Source: Calditrichia bacterium
GTDB taxonomy: Bacteria > Calditrichota > Calditrichia > RBG-13-44-9
DNA length: 57,856 nucleotides
NCBI GenBank assembly: GCA_037381445.1
Contig: JARRQT010000001.1
Span: 19,567-77,422, forward strand
Direction of reading: 5' to 3'
This document shows positions 17,453-26,430 of the stretch, in pieces (the first letter of the stretch is position 1; every line of letters starts with the position of its first letter). A model generated the notes under the pieces. It was not told the DNA's origin and searched no databases. It saw only the letters and a program-made list of their open reading frames with translations. The position numbers and the translations under genes were made by a program.

Positions 17453-20400
17453 CTATCGGTATTCTTTCCAGCTTTTAATCTGCAGGTCTTCCAAACTGAC
17501 CCGCGAGAGCGCCTCAGCAAAACGCATGGCGAATTGCCGGTTGGTGATCAAAGGTATGTTATAATCTGCCGCGGTGCGGCGGATGATGTAATCGTTGGTC
17601 AGCTCTTCTTCCTGATAATTCTTGGGAATGTTGATCACCAGATCGATTCTCTTCTCTTTCAGATATTGAACAGTGCCCGGCCTGCGCTTTTCCAGCGGCC
17701 AGTGCAGCACTTCTGCCGGAATACCGTTGCTCTGCATGAACCGGGCGGTGCCGCGGGTCGCATAGAATTTTATGCCCAGGTCCATAAACATGCGGGTTGC
17801 TTCCAGGAATTCAGCCTTCGATTCAATAGAACCAGTGGAAAGAAGGATGGTTTTGATAGGAAGTCTGAAACCGACCGCAATAAGGGCCTTCAAAAAAGCC
17901 TCGTCGAAATCCTTTCCCAGGCAGCCCACCTCACCGGTAGAAGCCATTTCCACGCCCAGCGTCGGGTCCGCGCCTTCCAGCCGGGTGAAAGAGAATTGGG
18001 GCGCTTTCACGCCCACGTAATTGAATTCAAAAAGATTGTTTTCAACCGGATCGAACCGCTGACCCATGATCACCCGGGTGGCAATGTCGATAAAATTTTT
18101 CTTCAGTATTTTCGAAACGAAAGGGAAACTGCGGGAAGCCCGCAAATTGCATTCTATTACCTTCACTTCATTTTGTTTGGCAATGAATTGAATGTTGAAT
18201 GGTCCGTTGATCTGCAGCGCGGCGGCAATCTTTTGGGAAACATGCCGGATTTGCCGGATGGTTTCCAGATATGTTCTCTGCGGCGGCAGGACCAGTGTGG
18301 CATCGCCGGAGTGAACGCCCGCATTTTCCACGTGTTCCGAAATGGCGTGTATCATGATCTGCCCGTTCTGGGCCACTGCATCCATTTCAATCTCTTTGGC
18401 ATTGACCATGAATTTGCTGATCACTGTCGGATATTCCGGGGAAATATCCACCGCCCGCTGCAGATATCGCGAAAGCTCACTGTCATTGGAGGCCACCGCC
18501 ATGGCCGCACCGCTCAGCACATAGGAAGGACGTACCAGCACCGGATAGCCGACCTCCGCAGGAAAGTTGTGGGCGTCCTGCTGGGAAGTCAATTCATTCC
18601 AGACCGGTTGATCGATCCCCAATTCATCCAGCAAGGCGGAGAATTTGCGGCGGTTCTCGGCCTGATCAATACTGGCAGCAGAGGTGCCCAGGATTTTAAC
18701 TCCCGCTTCCTGCAGCTCCATGGCCAGATTATTCGGCACCTGCCCGCCCATGGCGATGATGATTCCCATCGCCCCGAGTTTGGCGTAAATTTCCAGCACC
18801 GTTTCAAGACGGATTTCATCAAAAAACAGCTTATCGAACTCATCATAATCGGTGCTTACGGTTTCTGGATTATAATTAATCATGACCGTATGGTAACCGG
18901 TTTTTCGCAGGGTCATTCCGGCGTTGACTGCACACCAGTCGAACTCCACCGAACTCCCAATCCGGTAGGAACCCGAACCGAGGATGATAACCGACTTGTC
19001 TTCTTCGAATTTCAGGTCGTCTTCACTGCCGTTATAGGTGAGATACAGGTAGTTTGTCCGGGCCGGATACTCAGCTCCCAGGGTATCAATCTGTTTCACG
19101 ACGGGATGCAGATTATGAATTTGCCGCAGCTCCCTGATCTGTTTCTGTGTTTTTCCGGTGAGATTGGCAATCTGCTTATCGGAAAAGCCAGCCTGTTTTG
19201 CCAATTGCAGATCGTCTTTGGCAATTTCCTCATTTTCATTTACCTGCAGCCTGTTTCCGATATTAACCACCTGCTCTATTTTATAGAGAAACCAGGGATC
19301 AATATGAGACAGTTCATGGATTTTTTCCACGGAGTGGCCCTGACGGATCGCCTGAACGACAGCAAAAATCCGTTCCTCGGTGGGTTCTTTCAATTCTTTT
19401 TCAATATTCTCGAAATGAAAATCGTTGTTGGCCACCAGGCCGTGCACGCCGATTTCCAGCATGCGCAGCGCTTTCTGCATGGCTTCTTCAAATTTTCGCC
19501 CGATGGCCATCACTTCGCCCACCGATTTCATTCCCGAGCCGATCTGCCGGGAAACCCTGCGGAATTTTTTCAGGTCCCAGCGGGGCATTTTGACCACCAC
19601 GTAGTCCAGCGCCGGTTCAAAGAAAGCTTTGGTGACTTTGGTAATGGAGTTTGGCAGTTCGTGCAGACCGTATCCCAGGGCCAGTTTTGCCGCGATAAAT
19701 GCCAGCGGATAACCGGTGGCTTTGGAGGCCAGGGCAGAGCTTCGCGACAGCCGCGCATTCACCTCGATAATCCGGTAATCCTCTGAGTTCGGACTCAGCG
19801 CATACTGAATATTGCACTCCCCGACAATTCCCAGATGGCGGATCACTCGAATCGCCACTTCCCGCAGCAGATGATATTCCCGGTTGGAAAGGGTCTGGCT
19901 GGGAGCAACGACAATGCTCTCGCCGGTGTGAATGCCCATGGGATCGAAGTTTTCCATATTGCAGACCGTGATGCAGTTGTCAAAGCTGTCCCGCATCACC
20001 TCGTATTCTATTTCCTTCCATCCCTCCAGGTATTCTTCCACCAGGATTTGTGAAGTGTGGGAAAGCGCTTTGCCTGCCAGGCTGCGAAGTTCTCGCTCCG
20101 TTCTGCAAACCCCGGAGCCCAGACCACCCAGGGCAAAAGCGATTCGCACCATTACAGGGTACTTGAGTTCCCTGGCGATCTTCGCTGCTTCCTCCACGGT
20201 TGCGGCTGCTTTGCTGCGGGCGTATTTAACGAAAATCTCCTTCAGCCGCTGCACAAACAGGTCCCGGTCTTCCGTATCCATGATGGTTTTTACCGATGTG
20301 CCAAGCACCTGAATATTATATTTTTCGAAGATACCTTTCCGAAAAAGTTCGATCCCGCAATTGAGTGCGGTCTGGCCGCCGGAACTGAGCAGGATTGCGT

Positions 20401-20644
20401 CCGGGCGTTCTTTTTCAATGATCTTTTCCACAAACTCGGGAGTTACCGGCAGAAAATAGACCTGATCGGCCAGGTGTTCCGAAGTCTGAATGGTGGCGAT
20501 ATTGGGATTGATCAGTATTGTATAGATGCCCTCTTCTTTCAGTGCCTTGATGGCCTGGCTGCCGGAATAATCGAATTCTCCGGCCTCTCCTATTTTCAGC
20601 GCCGAACTTCCCAGAATGATGACTTTTTCGATTTGCTGATTCAT
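17453..20644 (-). CDS. carB: Carbamoyl-phosphate synthase large subunit
   Basis: 1063 aa. Duplicated ATP-grasp halves (ILGSSALKIGEAGEFDYSG.. and ILGSGSYRIGSSVEFDWC..). C-terminal MGS-like domain. Confidence 0.97.
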   Translation of the reverse strand: MNQQIEKVIILGSSALKIGEAGEFDYSGSQAIKALKEEGIYTILINPNIATIQTSEHLADQVYFLPVTPEFVEKIIEKERPDAILLSSGGQTALNCGIELFRKGIFEKYNIQVLGTSVKTIMDTEDRDLFVQRLKEIFVKYARSKAAATVEEAAKIARELKYPVMVRIAFALGGLGSGVCRTERELRSLAGKALSHTSQILVEEYLEGWKEIEYEVMRDSFDNCITVCNMENFDPMGIHTGESIVVAPSQTLSNREYHLLREVAIRVIRHLGIVGECNIQYALSPNSEDYRIIEVNARLSRSSALASKATGYPLAFIAAKLALGYGLHELPNSITKVTKAFFEPALDYVVVKMPRWDLKKFRRVSRQIGSGMKSVGEVMAIGRKFEEAMQKALRMLEIGVHGLVANNDFHFENIEKELKEPTEERIFAVVQAIRQGHSVEKIHELSHIDPWFLYKIEQVVNIGNRLQVNENEEIAKDDLQLAKQAGFSDKQIANLTGKTQKQIRELRQIHNLHPVVKQIDTLGAEYPARTNYLYLTYNGSEDDLKFEEDKSVIILGSGSYRIGSSVEFDWCAVNAGMTLRKTGYHTVMINYNPETVSTDYDEFDKLFFDEIRLETVLEIYAKLGAMGIIIAMGGQVPNNLAMELQEAGVKILGTSAASIDQAENRRKFSALLDELGIDQPVWNELTSQQDAHNFPAEVGYPVLVRPSYVLSGAAMAVASNDSELSRYLQRAVDISPEYPTVISKFMVNAKEIEMDAVAQNGQIMIHAISEHVENAGVHSGDATLVLPPQRTYLETIRQIRHVSQKIAAALQINGPFNIQFIAKQNEVKVIECNLRASRSFPFVSKILKKNFIDIATRVIMGQRFDPVENNLFEFNYVGVKAPQFSFTRLEGADPTLGVEMASTGEVGCLGKDFDEAFLKALIAVGFRLPIKTILLSTGSIESKAEFLEATRMFMDLGIKFYATRGTARFMQSNGIPAEVLHWPLEKRRPGTVQYLKEKRIDLVINIPKNYQEEELTNDYIIRRTAADYNIPLITNRQFAMRFAEALSRVSLEDLQIKSWKEYR

Positions 20645-21735
20645 TTGCCTGCCACTTTTAAAAATTCATCGAACAGGTAACCGGCATCCACAGGACCGGG
20701 ATGCGCTTCGGGATGAAACTGGACGCTCATGAAACGGCCGGATGCGTGCCGTATACCTTCGTTGGTCCCGTCATTCAGATTGACAAACCAGGGCATCCAG
20801 TCTTCGGGCAGGGTTTTATTGTCCACCGCAAAGCCGTGATTCTGGGAGGTGACCAGGCACCGGTTTGTGCCGACCTCGGTTACCGGCTGATTTTGACTCC
20901 TGTGTCCGTATTTCAATTTGTAGGTATTGGCGCCGGTGCCCAGGGCCATGAGCTGGTGTCCGAGGCATATTCCGAATACGGGAATATTTTTGTTCATAGT
21001 TTCCCGGATCTGATTTATCGTCTGGCGGCACATCTTGGGGTCACCGGGGCCGTTGGATATTAAAAGACCGTCAAATTCTTCACTTTGGATATCATGATTC
21101 CAGGGCACCCTGAGAACCTTTACGTCCCGGCTCAGAAGACTGTGAATGATATTGTATTTACAGCCGCAGTCAATCAGGCAGATGGTCTTGCCGCCCTTTC
21201 CGTAGACAACCGGTTTATCGATGCTCACCCTGGCAACTACATTTTCGCTGTTGGGATCATAGAAATCCACCGGATCGTCATCGAATTCTATTTTTCCCAG
21301 CATGGTGCCCTTTTCGCGCAGTTTTTTGGTCAAAGCACGGGTATCGATTCCCATAAGCGCCGGTATGTTGTTTTGGGATAACCAGTCCGCCAGGCTGATA
21401 TTGGAATTCCAATGGCTGTATTGATGGGAATACTCCGATACGATCAGCCCGGAAATCTGTATGCGGTCCGATTCAAGGTAGTGGGGGAGGCTTCCGCCGC
21501 CTCCGGATTGCGGCACCCCATAATTACCGATAAGGGGAAAGGTAAGGGTCAGAATCTGGCCGAAATAGGATGGATCGGTTAGCGTTTCCGGATATCCGAC
21601 CATTCCGGTGTTAAAAACAACTTCGCCGGCCCCGGAGCGTGGTGCGCCAAAGCCGACTCCATCAAAAGCAGTTCCATCTTCGAGAAGAAGGCGGGCGGGG
21701 CGGGAGTGAGTGCGTGCTGATTCATTTAAAGCCAT
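20641..21735 (-). CDS. carA: Carbamoyl-phosphate synthase small (glutaminase) subunit
   Basis: GICLGHQ active-site Cys, HGFAV, SVQFHPEA. 4-nt overlap with carB. Start set at ATG 21735 (MALNES). Confidence 0.95.
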   Translation of the reverse strand: MALNESARTHSRPARLLLEDGTAFDGVGFGAPRSGAGEVVFNTGMVGYPETLTDPSYFGQILTLTFPLIGNYGVPQSGGGGSLPHYLESDRIQISGLIVSEYSHQYSHWNSNISLADWLSQNNIPALMGIDTRALTKKLREKGTMLGKIEFDDDPVDFYDPNSENVVARVSIDKPVVYGKGGKTICLIDCGCKYNIIHSLLSRDVKVLRVPWNHDIQSEEFDGLLISNGPGDPKMCRQTINQIRETMNKNIPVFGICLGHQLMALGTGANTYKLKYGHRSQNQPVTEVGTNRCLVTSQNHGFAVDNKTLPEDWMPWFVNLNDGTNEGIRHASGRFMSVQFHPEAHPGPVDAGYLFDEFLKVAGK

Positions 21736-21738
21736 TGT

Positions 21739-21756
21739 CAACCAAAATTTTGGTTG
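21739..21756. promoter_or_regulatory. 18-bp perfect palindrome 3 nt upstream of the carA ATG
   Basis: CAACCAAAATTTTGGTTG reads identically on both strands. The sequence is directly visible; any function as operator or translation-blocking hairpin is inferred. Confidence 0.3.
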
Positions 21757-21835
21757 CAAATATAAGCAGAATTTTTACGGGATAAAACTGCTATTTGATT
21801 CATTTTTATTGCTAATAATTTTCGGATGGATGTAT

Positions 21836-23128
21836 TTAATACGATTTTTGATAATATTTATCGAAAACATTTAAAGTGGTTTGCTCCTCTGCCGTGAGCG
21901 CCTGCGCACCTTTTCCTTTAATTTCAATGATTTTGCGGAAAGGGACATCCGCCACCCGGGAAAGTTCTTTATAATCAAATTTATGGGTGAATCCGAATTC
22001 CAGAATTTCAATGATCTTCTTCAAGGGGATCCTCAGGAAAATATCGATCACGTCCGGATCGAAAGTTTCGCCTTTCTCCCGTTCAATTATATCCCAGACC
22101 GTTTCGATGGGCTCGCGGTCATGATACTGGCGGGTCGAGGTTAAGGCATCGAACACATCGGCCAGCGCCAGAATCCGCCCGCCGAGGGGGATTTCATCCG
22201 CCTTCAGGCCGTTGGGATAACCGTCGCCGTTTATTTTTTCATGATGGGTCGATGCGATGTCCGGCACGGCTTTCAGATTGCGCGGGAAATGCATATTGTC
22301 CAGAATTTCACGGGTGATGGCGGGATGCTTTTTGATGATTTCATATTCGTCATTATCCAATTTGCCCGCTTTGAACAGGACCGCTTCCGGGATGCCCAGT
22401 TTGCCGATATCATGAAGCAGGCCAGCATACCTCAACTGCTTGCAGCAGTCCGCCTGCATGCCCATCTGGCGGCACATCGCAGTTGTGTACAGGGTGACCC
22501 TCCGGGAATGGCCGGCGGTGATGTAATCCCGCGTATCGAGGGTAGCCGCCAGCGTTTCCACAAAACTGTTCAAGGATTCCACCTGCTCCTGGTACAAAAT
22601 AGAGTTCTCGATAGTTGTGGCGGCAATCTGAGAGATGGCGTTGAGCAATTCTTCATCCTGCGAGGTGAAAATTCCGTTCCGTTTGTTCAGAACCTGCACA
22701 ATTCCGATAGTGTCGCCGGTCTTGCTGGACAACGGCATAGTCAGCACGCTTTGGGTGCGATAACCGGTCTGCTGGTCGATGCCGGGATTGAATCGGGGAT
22801 CCTCATAGGCATTCTCAATATTAAGATTTTCGCCGGTCATCGCCACGTATCCCGCGATCCCCTTATCTGCGGGAAACCGGATCTCCCTTCCCTTTTCCAC
22901 GCCCAGAGCGACTATTGACCACAGCTCATGCTTTTCTTCATCAAGAAGAAAGACAGAACAGCGGTCGGCCTGCAAAATCCGACCGACTTCTTCCATCGTC
23001 GTTAAAAGAAGATCCTCCAATTCCAGGTGGGTTTGAAGATTCTGCGCCAGATGCAGAAGAACTTCCAGACGCTGTTTTTCTTCCTGCAGCCCGGCGAAAT
23101 CTTCCTGCAGCTTATTTTTCTTCGTCAC
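21836..23128 (-). CDS. GAF-domain HD-GYP phosphodiesterase (c-di-GMP-related)
   Basis: N-terminal coiled coil, GAF-like region, then HDIGKLGIP and HHEKINGDGYPNGL (HD-GYP signature). Confidence 0.85.
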   Translation of the reverse strand: MTKKNKLQEDFAGLQEEKQRLEVLLHLAQNLQTHLELEDLLLTTMEEVGRILQADRCSVFLLDEEKHELWSIVALGVEKGREIRFPADKGIAGYVAMTGENLNIENAYEDPRFNPGIDQQTGYRTQSVLTMPLSSKTGDTIGIVQVLNKRNGIFTSQDEELLNAISQIAATTIENSILYQEQVESLNSFVETLAATLDTRDYITAGHSRRVTLYTTAMCRQMGMQADCCKQLRYAGLLHDIGKLGIPEAVLFKAGKLDNDEYEIIKKHPAITREILDNMHFPRNLKAVPDIASTHHEKINGDGYPNGLKADEIPLGGRILALADVFDALTSTRQYHDREPIETVWDIIEREKGETFDPDVIDIFLRIPLKKIIEILEFGFTHKFDYKELSRVADVPFRKIIEIKGKGAQALTAEEQTTLNVFDKYYQKSY

Positions 23129-23303
23129 TCCTTTTTACCTCTTCGTAATCAATATCCTCGATATCCTTTGGATTAAAGGTGTTGATGTCCTTCCGGGGCT
23201 CACCTTTGACCTCCGGTTTTGGGGTAAAAAGAATGTTAAAGAATTTTTTAACCATTTTATAGATTAAGTAAAAAAGAACAATGTAAAGAATAAACCTTAT
23301 CAT
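23112..23303 (-). CDS. Small membrane protein, DUF4834-like
   Basis: 63 aa. One N-terminal TM helix and a C-terminal ..IEDIDYEEVK.. resembling the DYEEVK end of DUF4834 peptides. ATGA overlap upstream and 17-nt overlap downstream. Confidence 0.55.
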   Translation of the reverse strand: MIRFILYIVLFYLIYKMVKKFFNILFTPKPEVKGEPRKDINTFNPKDIEDIDYEEVKRSDEEK

Positions 23304-23962
23304 AATAAACCTTTGTCAAGATTAAAACTTACTAACTTCTTTCCGCTTCTGTGCTTACTGATTTCTACTAAGATCTGGCTCAAATGATTCTCATTATGAA
23401 CAAAATCCAAATTTTCCGTATTGATGATCAGAAGCGGCGTGGTGCTGTAATTCCAGAAGAATTCTTCATAGAGGTGATTCAGTGAATCAATGTATTCTTC
23501 CTTGATCTGTCTTTCGTAGGACCGGCCTCTGCGGTGAATATTGTGCATCAATTTTTTGGTAGAAGCCTTCAGGTAGATCGCCAGATCCGGCTTCACGATG
23601 CGTTTTTCCAGAATTCTTGCCAGCATATTGTACAGGGTGATCTCTTTCTCATTCAGGTTCAGCGTCGCAAAAATACGGTCTTTGACAAACATATAATCCG
23701 CAATAATGCGGTTTTCGAACAGATCGTACTGCATGATGTCTTCCTGCTGGCGATAGCGGCTCAACAGAAAAAATATCTGGGTCTGAAAAGCAAAGTGTTC
23801 CGGATCGCGGTAAAATTCTTCCAGGAAAGGATTCTCTTCGAATTCTTCCAGGACCACGCGGCCGCTTAACTTCTGCTCCAGCAGGTGAGCCAGAGAGGTT
23901 TTTCCCGCGCCAATCACGCCCTCAATGGCGATGTAATGAAGGTGATCAAATTTTAATTCCAT
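23300..23962 (-). CDS. Deoxynucleoside kinase
   Basis: P-loop IAIEGVIGAGKTSLA, plus LEEFEENPFLE.FY and DRIFA motifs typical of the dNK family. Confidence 0.85.
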   Translation of the reverse strand: MELKFDHLHYIAIEGVIGAGKTSLAHLLEQKLSGRVVLEEFEENPFLEEFYRDPEHFAFQTQIFFLLSRYRQQEDIMQYDLFENRIIADYMFVKDRIFATLNLNEKEITLYNMLARILEKRIVKPDLAIYLKASTKKLMHNIHRRGRSYERQIKEEYIDSLNHLYEEFFWNYSTTPLLIINTENLDFVHNENHLSQILVEISKHRSGKKLVSFNLDKGLL

Positions 23963-24455
23963 TTGGGTACCATTCCATTGCGATCAGTTCAGTTTTTGTA
24001 TTATCATTACAATTATTTAACAGTTCTGAGACGGATTCACTGTGAGCGGGAGGGACAAAATCCGGCGAGATATCAGCAAGGGGCTGCAGCACAAAGCGCC
24101 GGTTTTGAAAATCAGGATGCGGAATAATCAGTTCTTTGGACCGCAATGTCTTCTGGTTGTAAAAAACAATATCCAGATCAATTTCCCGCGGGCCCCAGTG
24201 GATGCGTTTTTTCCGTCCCACTTTTATTTCGATTTCCTTAAGTCTGTTTAGTAGATCTATGGGCTTTAGTTCCGTTTTTAAGAGCAGCGCGCTGTTAAGA
24301 AACGACGGCTGATCTGTAAATCCATATGCGCTGCTTTCGTAAAGACCACCAATTACCGGAATATTTCCAAGAGAATTTAACAGATCGACCGCTTTTTTCA
24401 AATAGTTTAAACGATTATCGAGATTGGAACCCAATGCGATATATACATCAGTCAT
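23946..24455 (-). CDS. folK: 2-amino-4-hydroxy-6-hydroxymethyldihydropteridine diphosphokinase
   Basis: YIALGSNL, HWGPREIDLDIVFY, IPHP. Start set at ATG 24455 (MTDVY), overlapping the folB stop by 8 nt. Confidence 0.9.
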   Translation of the reverse strand: MTDVYIALGSNLDNRLNYLKKAVDLLNSLGNIPVIGGLYESSAYGFTDQPSFLNSALLLKTELKPIDLLNRLKEIEIKVGRKKRIHWGPREIDLDIVFYNQKTLRSKELIIPHPDFQNRRFVLQPLADISPDFVPPAHSESVSELLNNCNDNTKTELIAMEWYPNGIKI

Positions 24456-24816
24456 TCTGCGGTCTTTGCTGCAACAGTTCAACTTCAACGTTATCCAGGA
24501 AACCGTTCAATGGCACCTGGGGTTTGCGCACGCGAATCAGCACCGAAGAGGCCGGAAAATTTTTTAAGACATCCTTGGCAATCCGGTCGGCAAGTGTTTC
24601 CAGCAAAGTAAATTTATAGCTGCTAAAAATACGAAAAACCGTTTGATAAACCGCCTCAAAATTCACCGCATCGTTCAAACTGTCGGACTGAATTGCTTTT
24701 GTGAAATCGCACTCCATTTCCACATCTACCTGGAATTTCTGTCCCAGCTCGCGTTCTGCCTGATAGTAGCCGTGATGGGCGTAGAATATCATGTTATTCA
24801 GGCGAATTTTTCCCAT
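24448..24816 (-). CDS. folB: Dihydroneopterin aldolase
   Basis: IRLNNMIFYAHHGYYQAERELGQKFQVDVEM is a typical FolB N-terminus. ATG 24816 lies 1 nt after the purF stop. Confidence 0.85.
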   Translation of the reverse strand: MGKIRLNNMIFYAHHGYYQAERELGQKFQVDVEMECDFTKAIQSDSLNDAVNFEAVYQTVFRIFSSYKFTLLETLADRIAKDVLKNFPASSVLIRVRKPQVPLNGFLDNVEVELLQQRPQND

Positions 24817-24817
24817 T

Positions 24818-26224
24818 CTATTTCTCTTCTTCCACCGTCGCTTCTGTCCGTTTTTTCTTCGGAATCGGATAGTTTCCGCTGAAACAGGCATAACAGAAAT
24901 TGTCAGGCTGTTTTACACACGCTCTCAGGTCTTCTATTTTCAGGTACTTCAGAGAATTTGCGCCCACATAATCACGAATCTCTTCAACACTCATGTTGTT
25001 GGCGATCAGTTCTTCCCGGTTCGGCGTGTCGATGCCATAGAAACAGGGATATTTTACCGCCGGTGATCCGATCCTGAGATGAACCTCCGCCGCGCCTGCA
25101 TTTCGAATCATGCGAATGATTTTGCGGATGGTTGTCCCCCGCACGATGGAATCATCCACCACTACGACTTTTTTTCCGTTCAGAAAATCCTTTAACGGAT
25201 TAAATTTCTGGCGGACAGACTCATCCCGCTGGAACTGATCCGGGCGTATAAATGTCCGTCCCACATAATGATTACGGATCAGTCCAAAATTAAAGGGGAT
25301 CCGTTTGGCAGCAGCATAGCCCATGGCGATAAAATTTGCGGAATCCGGTACCGGGATCACCACATCGGCATCGAAATCATCATACGCTGCCAATTTGGAG
25401 CCGATCTTCTGGCGCACATCATAAACATATTCGTCGAACTCGGAACTATCCGGCCGGGCAAAGTAGACCAGTTCAAAAATACAGTGACGGATCGGATTGG
25501 GTGCTTCATCGAACATCGCCTGCGTTTTGGGAGACGAGATCACTTTATCCGCGGTGATCTGAATGATCTCGCCCGGTTCCACTTCCCGCATGTTTTCGGG
25601 AAGCAAAATGTCCATCGCACACGATTCGGATGCCACCGCCACATCCCCATCTACCTCGCCTATGAATAACGGGCGGAAGCCGTATTCATCCCGAAAGACA
25701 TAGAGGCTATTCGGCGTAAGGAAAAGAGCCGAGTAGGCCCCTTTGACCTTTTTCATGAGCAGCCGGATGGCCTGCGGAATGGTAAGTCCCTGCCGTTCCA
25801 GATGGTAAACCAGAAAACGTCCGATCAGCTCACCGTCATTATTTGAAGAAAGGTGCACGCCCCGGCTTCGCAGCCATTCCGCATTTTCTTCATAGTTGAC
25901 GATATCGCCATTACTGGCTATTGCATATATGGGACCGCTCAAGGTCTCAATAATATGCGGCTGCGCATTGTTTACTATTGAACTGCCACGTGTGGGATAT
26001 CTCACCTGCCCGATTGAAATGTAACCGGGAAGTTGATTCAACGCATCGTTGGTAAATACTTCTTTTACATATCCCATGGATTTATGCATTTGAAGGGTCT
26101 TGCCATTGGAAACGGCAATACCGCAGCTTTCCTGTCCCCGATGCTGTTCGGAATAGAGGGCAAGCATCACCTTATCCGTAACATTTGCCTTCGATCTTGA
26201 AAAATATCCAGCAACACCGCACAT
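24818..26224 (-). CDS. purF: Amidophosphoribosyltransferase
   Basis: N-terminal nucleophile MCGVAGY, PRPP loop VVVVDDSIVRGTT, and C-terminal Cys residues (CFYGIDTP, CYACFSGNYP). Confidence 0.95.
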   Translation of the reverse strand: MCGVAGYFSRSKANVTDKVMLALYSEQHRGQESCGIAVSNGKTLQMHKSMGYVKEVFTNDALNQLPGYISIGQVRYPTRGSSIVNNAQPHIIETLSGPIYAIASNGDIVNYEENAEWLRSRGVHLSSNNDGELIGRFLVYHLERQGLTIPQAIRLLMKKVKGAYSALFLTPNSLYVFRDEYGFRPLFIGEVDGDVAVASESCAMDILLPENMREVEPGEIIQITADKVISSPKTQAMFDEAPNPIRHCIFELVYFARPDSSEFDEYVYDVRQKIGSKLAAYDDFDADVVIPVPDSANFIAMGYAAAKRIPFNFGLIRNHYVGRTFIRPDQFQRDESVRQKFNPLKDFLNGKKVVVVDDSIVRGTTIRKIIRMIRNAGAAEVHLRIGSPAVKYPCFYGIDTPNREELIANNMSVEEIRDYVGANSLKYLKIEDLRACVKQPDNFCYACFSGNYPIPKKKRTEATVEEEK

Positions 26225-26365
26225 CGAATTTATTTCCTTTCTAACATACTTGCAATTCTAAAACTTAACATTTTAACCCAAAATAAGCAACATATTTTCG
26301 GATAGGCAGGAATCGGAATGGTCCCGCAGCGAATAGCAAAAATTCCCCATACTCCGCTGGTTTTT

Positions 26366-26393
26366 AAATCTATTTGAAAGAATAAATATGTCA
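26366..26393 (-). promoter_or_regulatory. sigma70-like promoter upstream of purF
   Basis: On the minus strand, TTGACA, 16-nt spacer, TAGATT. This predicts a leader of roughly 135 nt before the purF ATG. Confidence 0.4.
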
Positions 26394-26430
26394 ATCTTAC
26401 TTTGGTAAAACCCTCATTTAACCCTATTAT

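Noticed and set aside
17534-19786. 750-aa plus-strand ORF (and 207-aa ORF 20057-20680) lying entirely inside carB
   Set aside because: The frame is exactly codon-aligned antisense to carB. The product is low-complexity and rich in R/G/F/H/I/Q, with no motif. The same phenomenon occurs in most native genes, so avoidance of TTA/CTA/TCA explains it.
26225-26365. Possible purine/ZTP/PRPP riboswitch in the purF leader
   Set aside because: None of the conserved cores I remember for these classes could be matched. It is kept only as a low-interest item that needs an Infernal scan.
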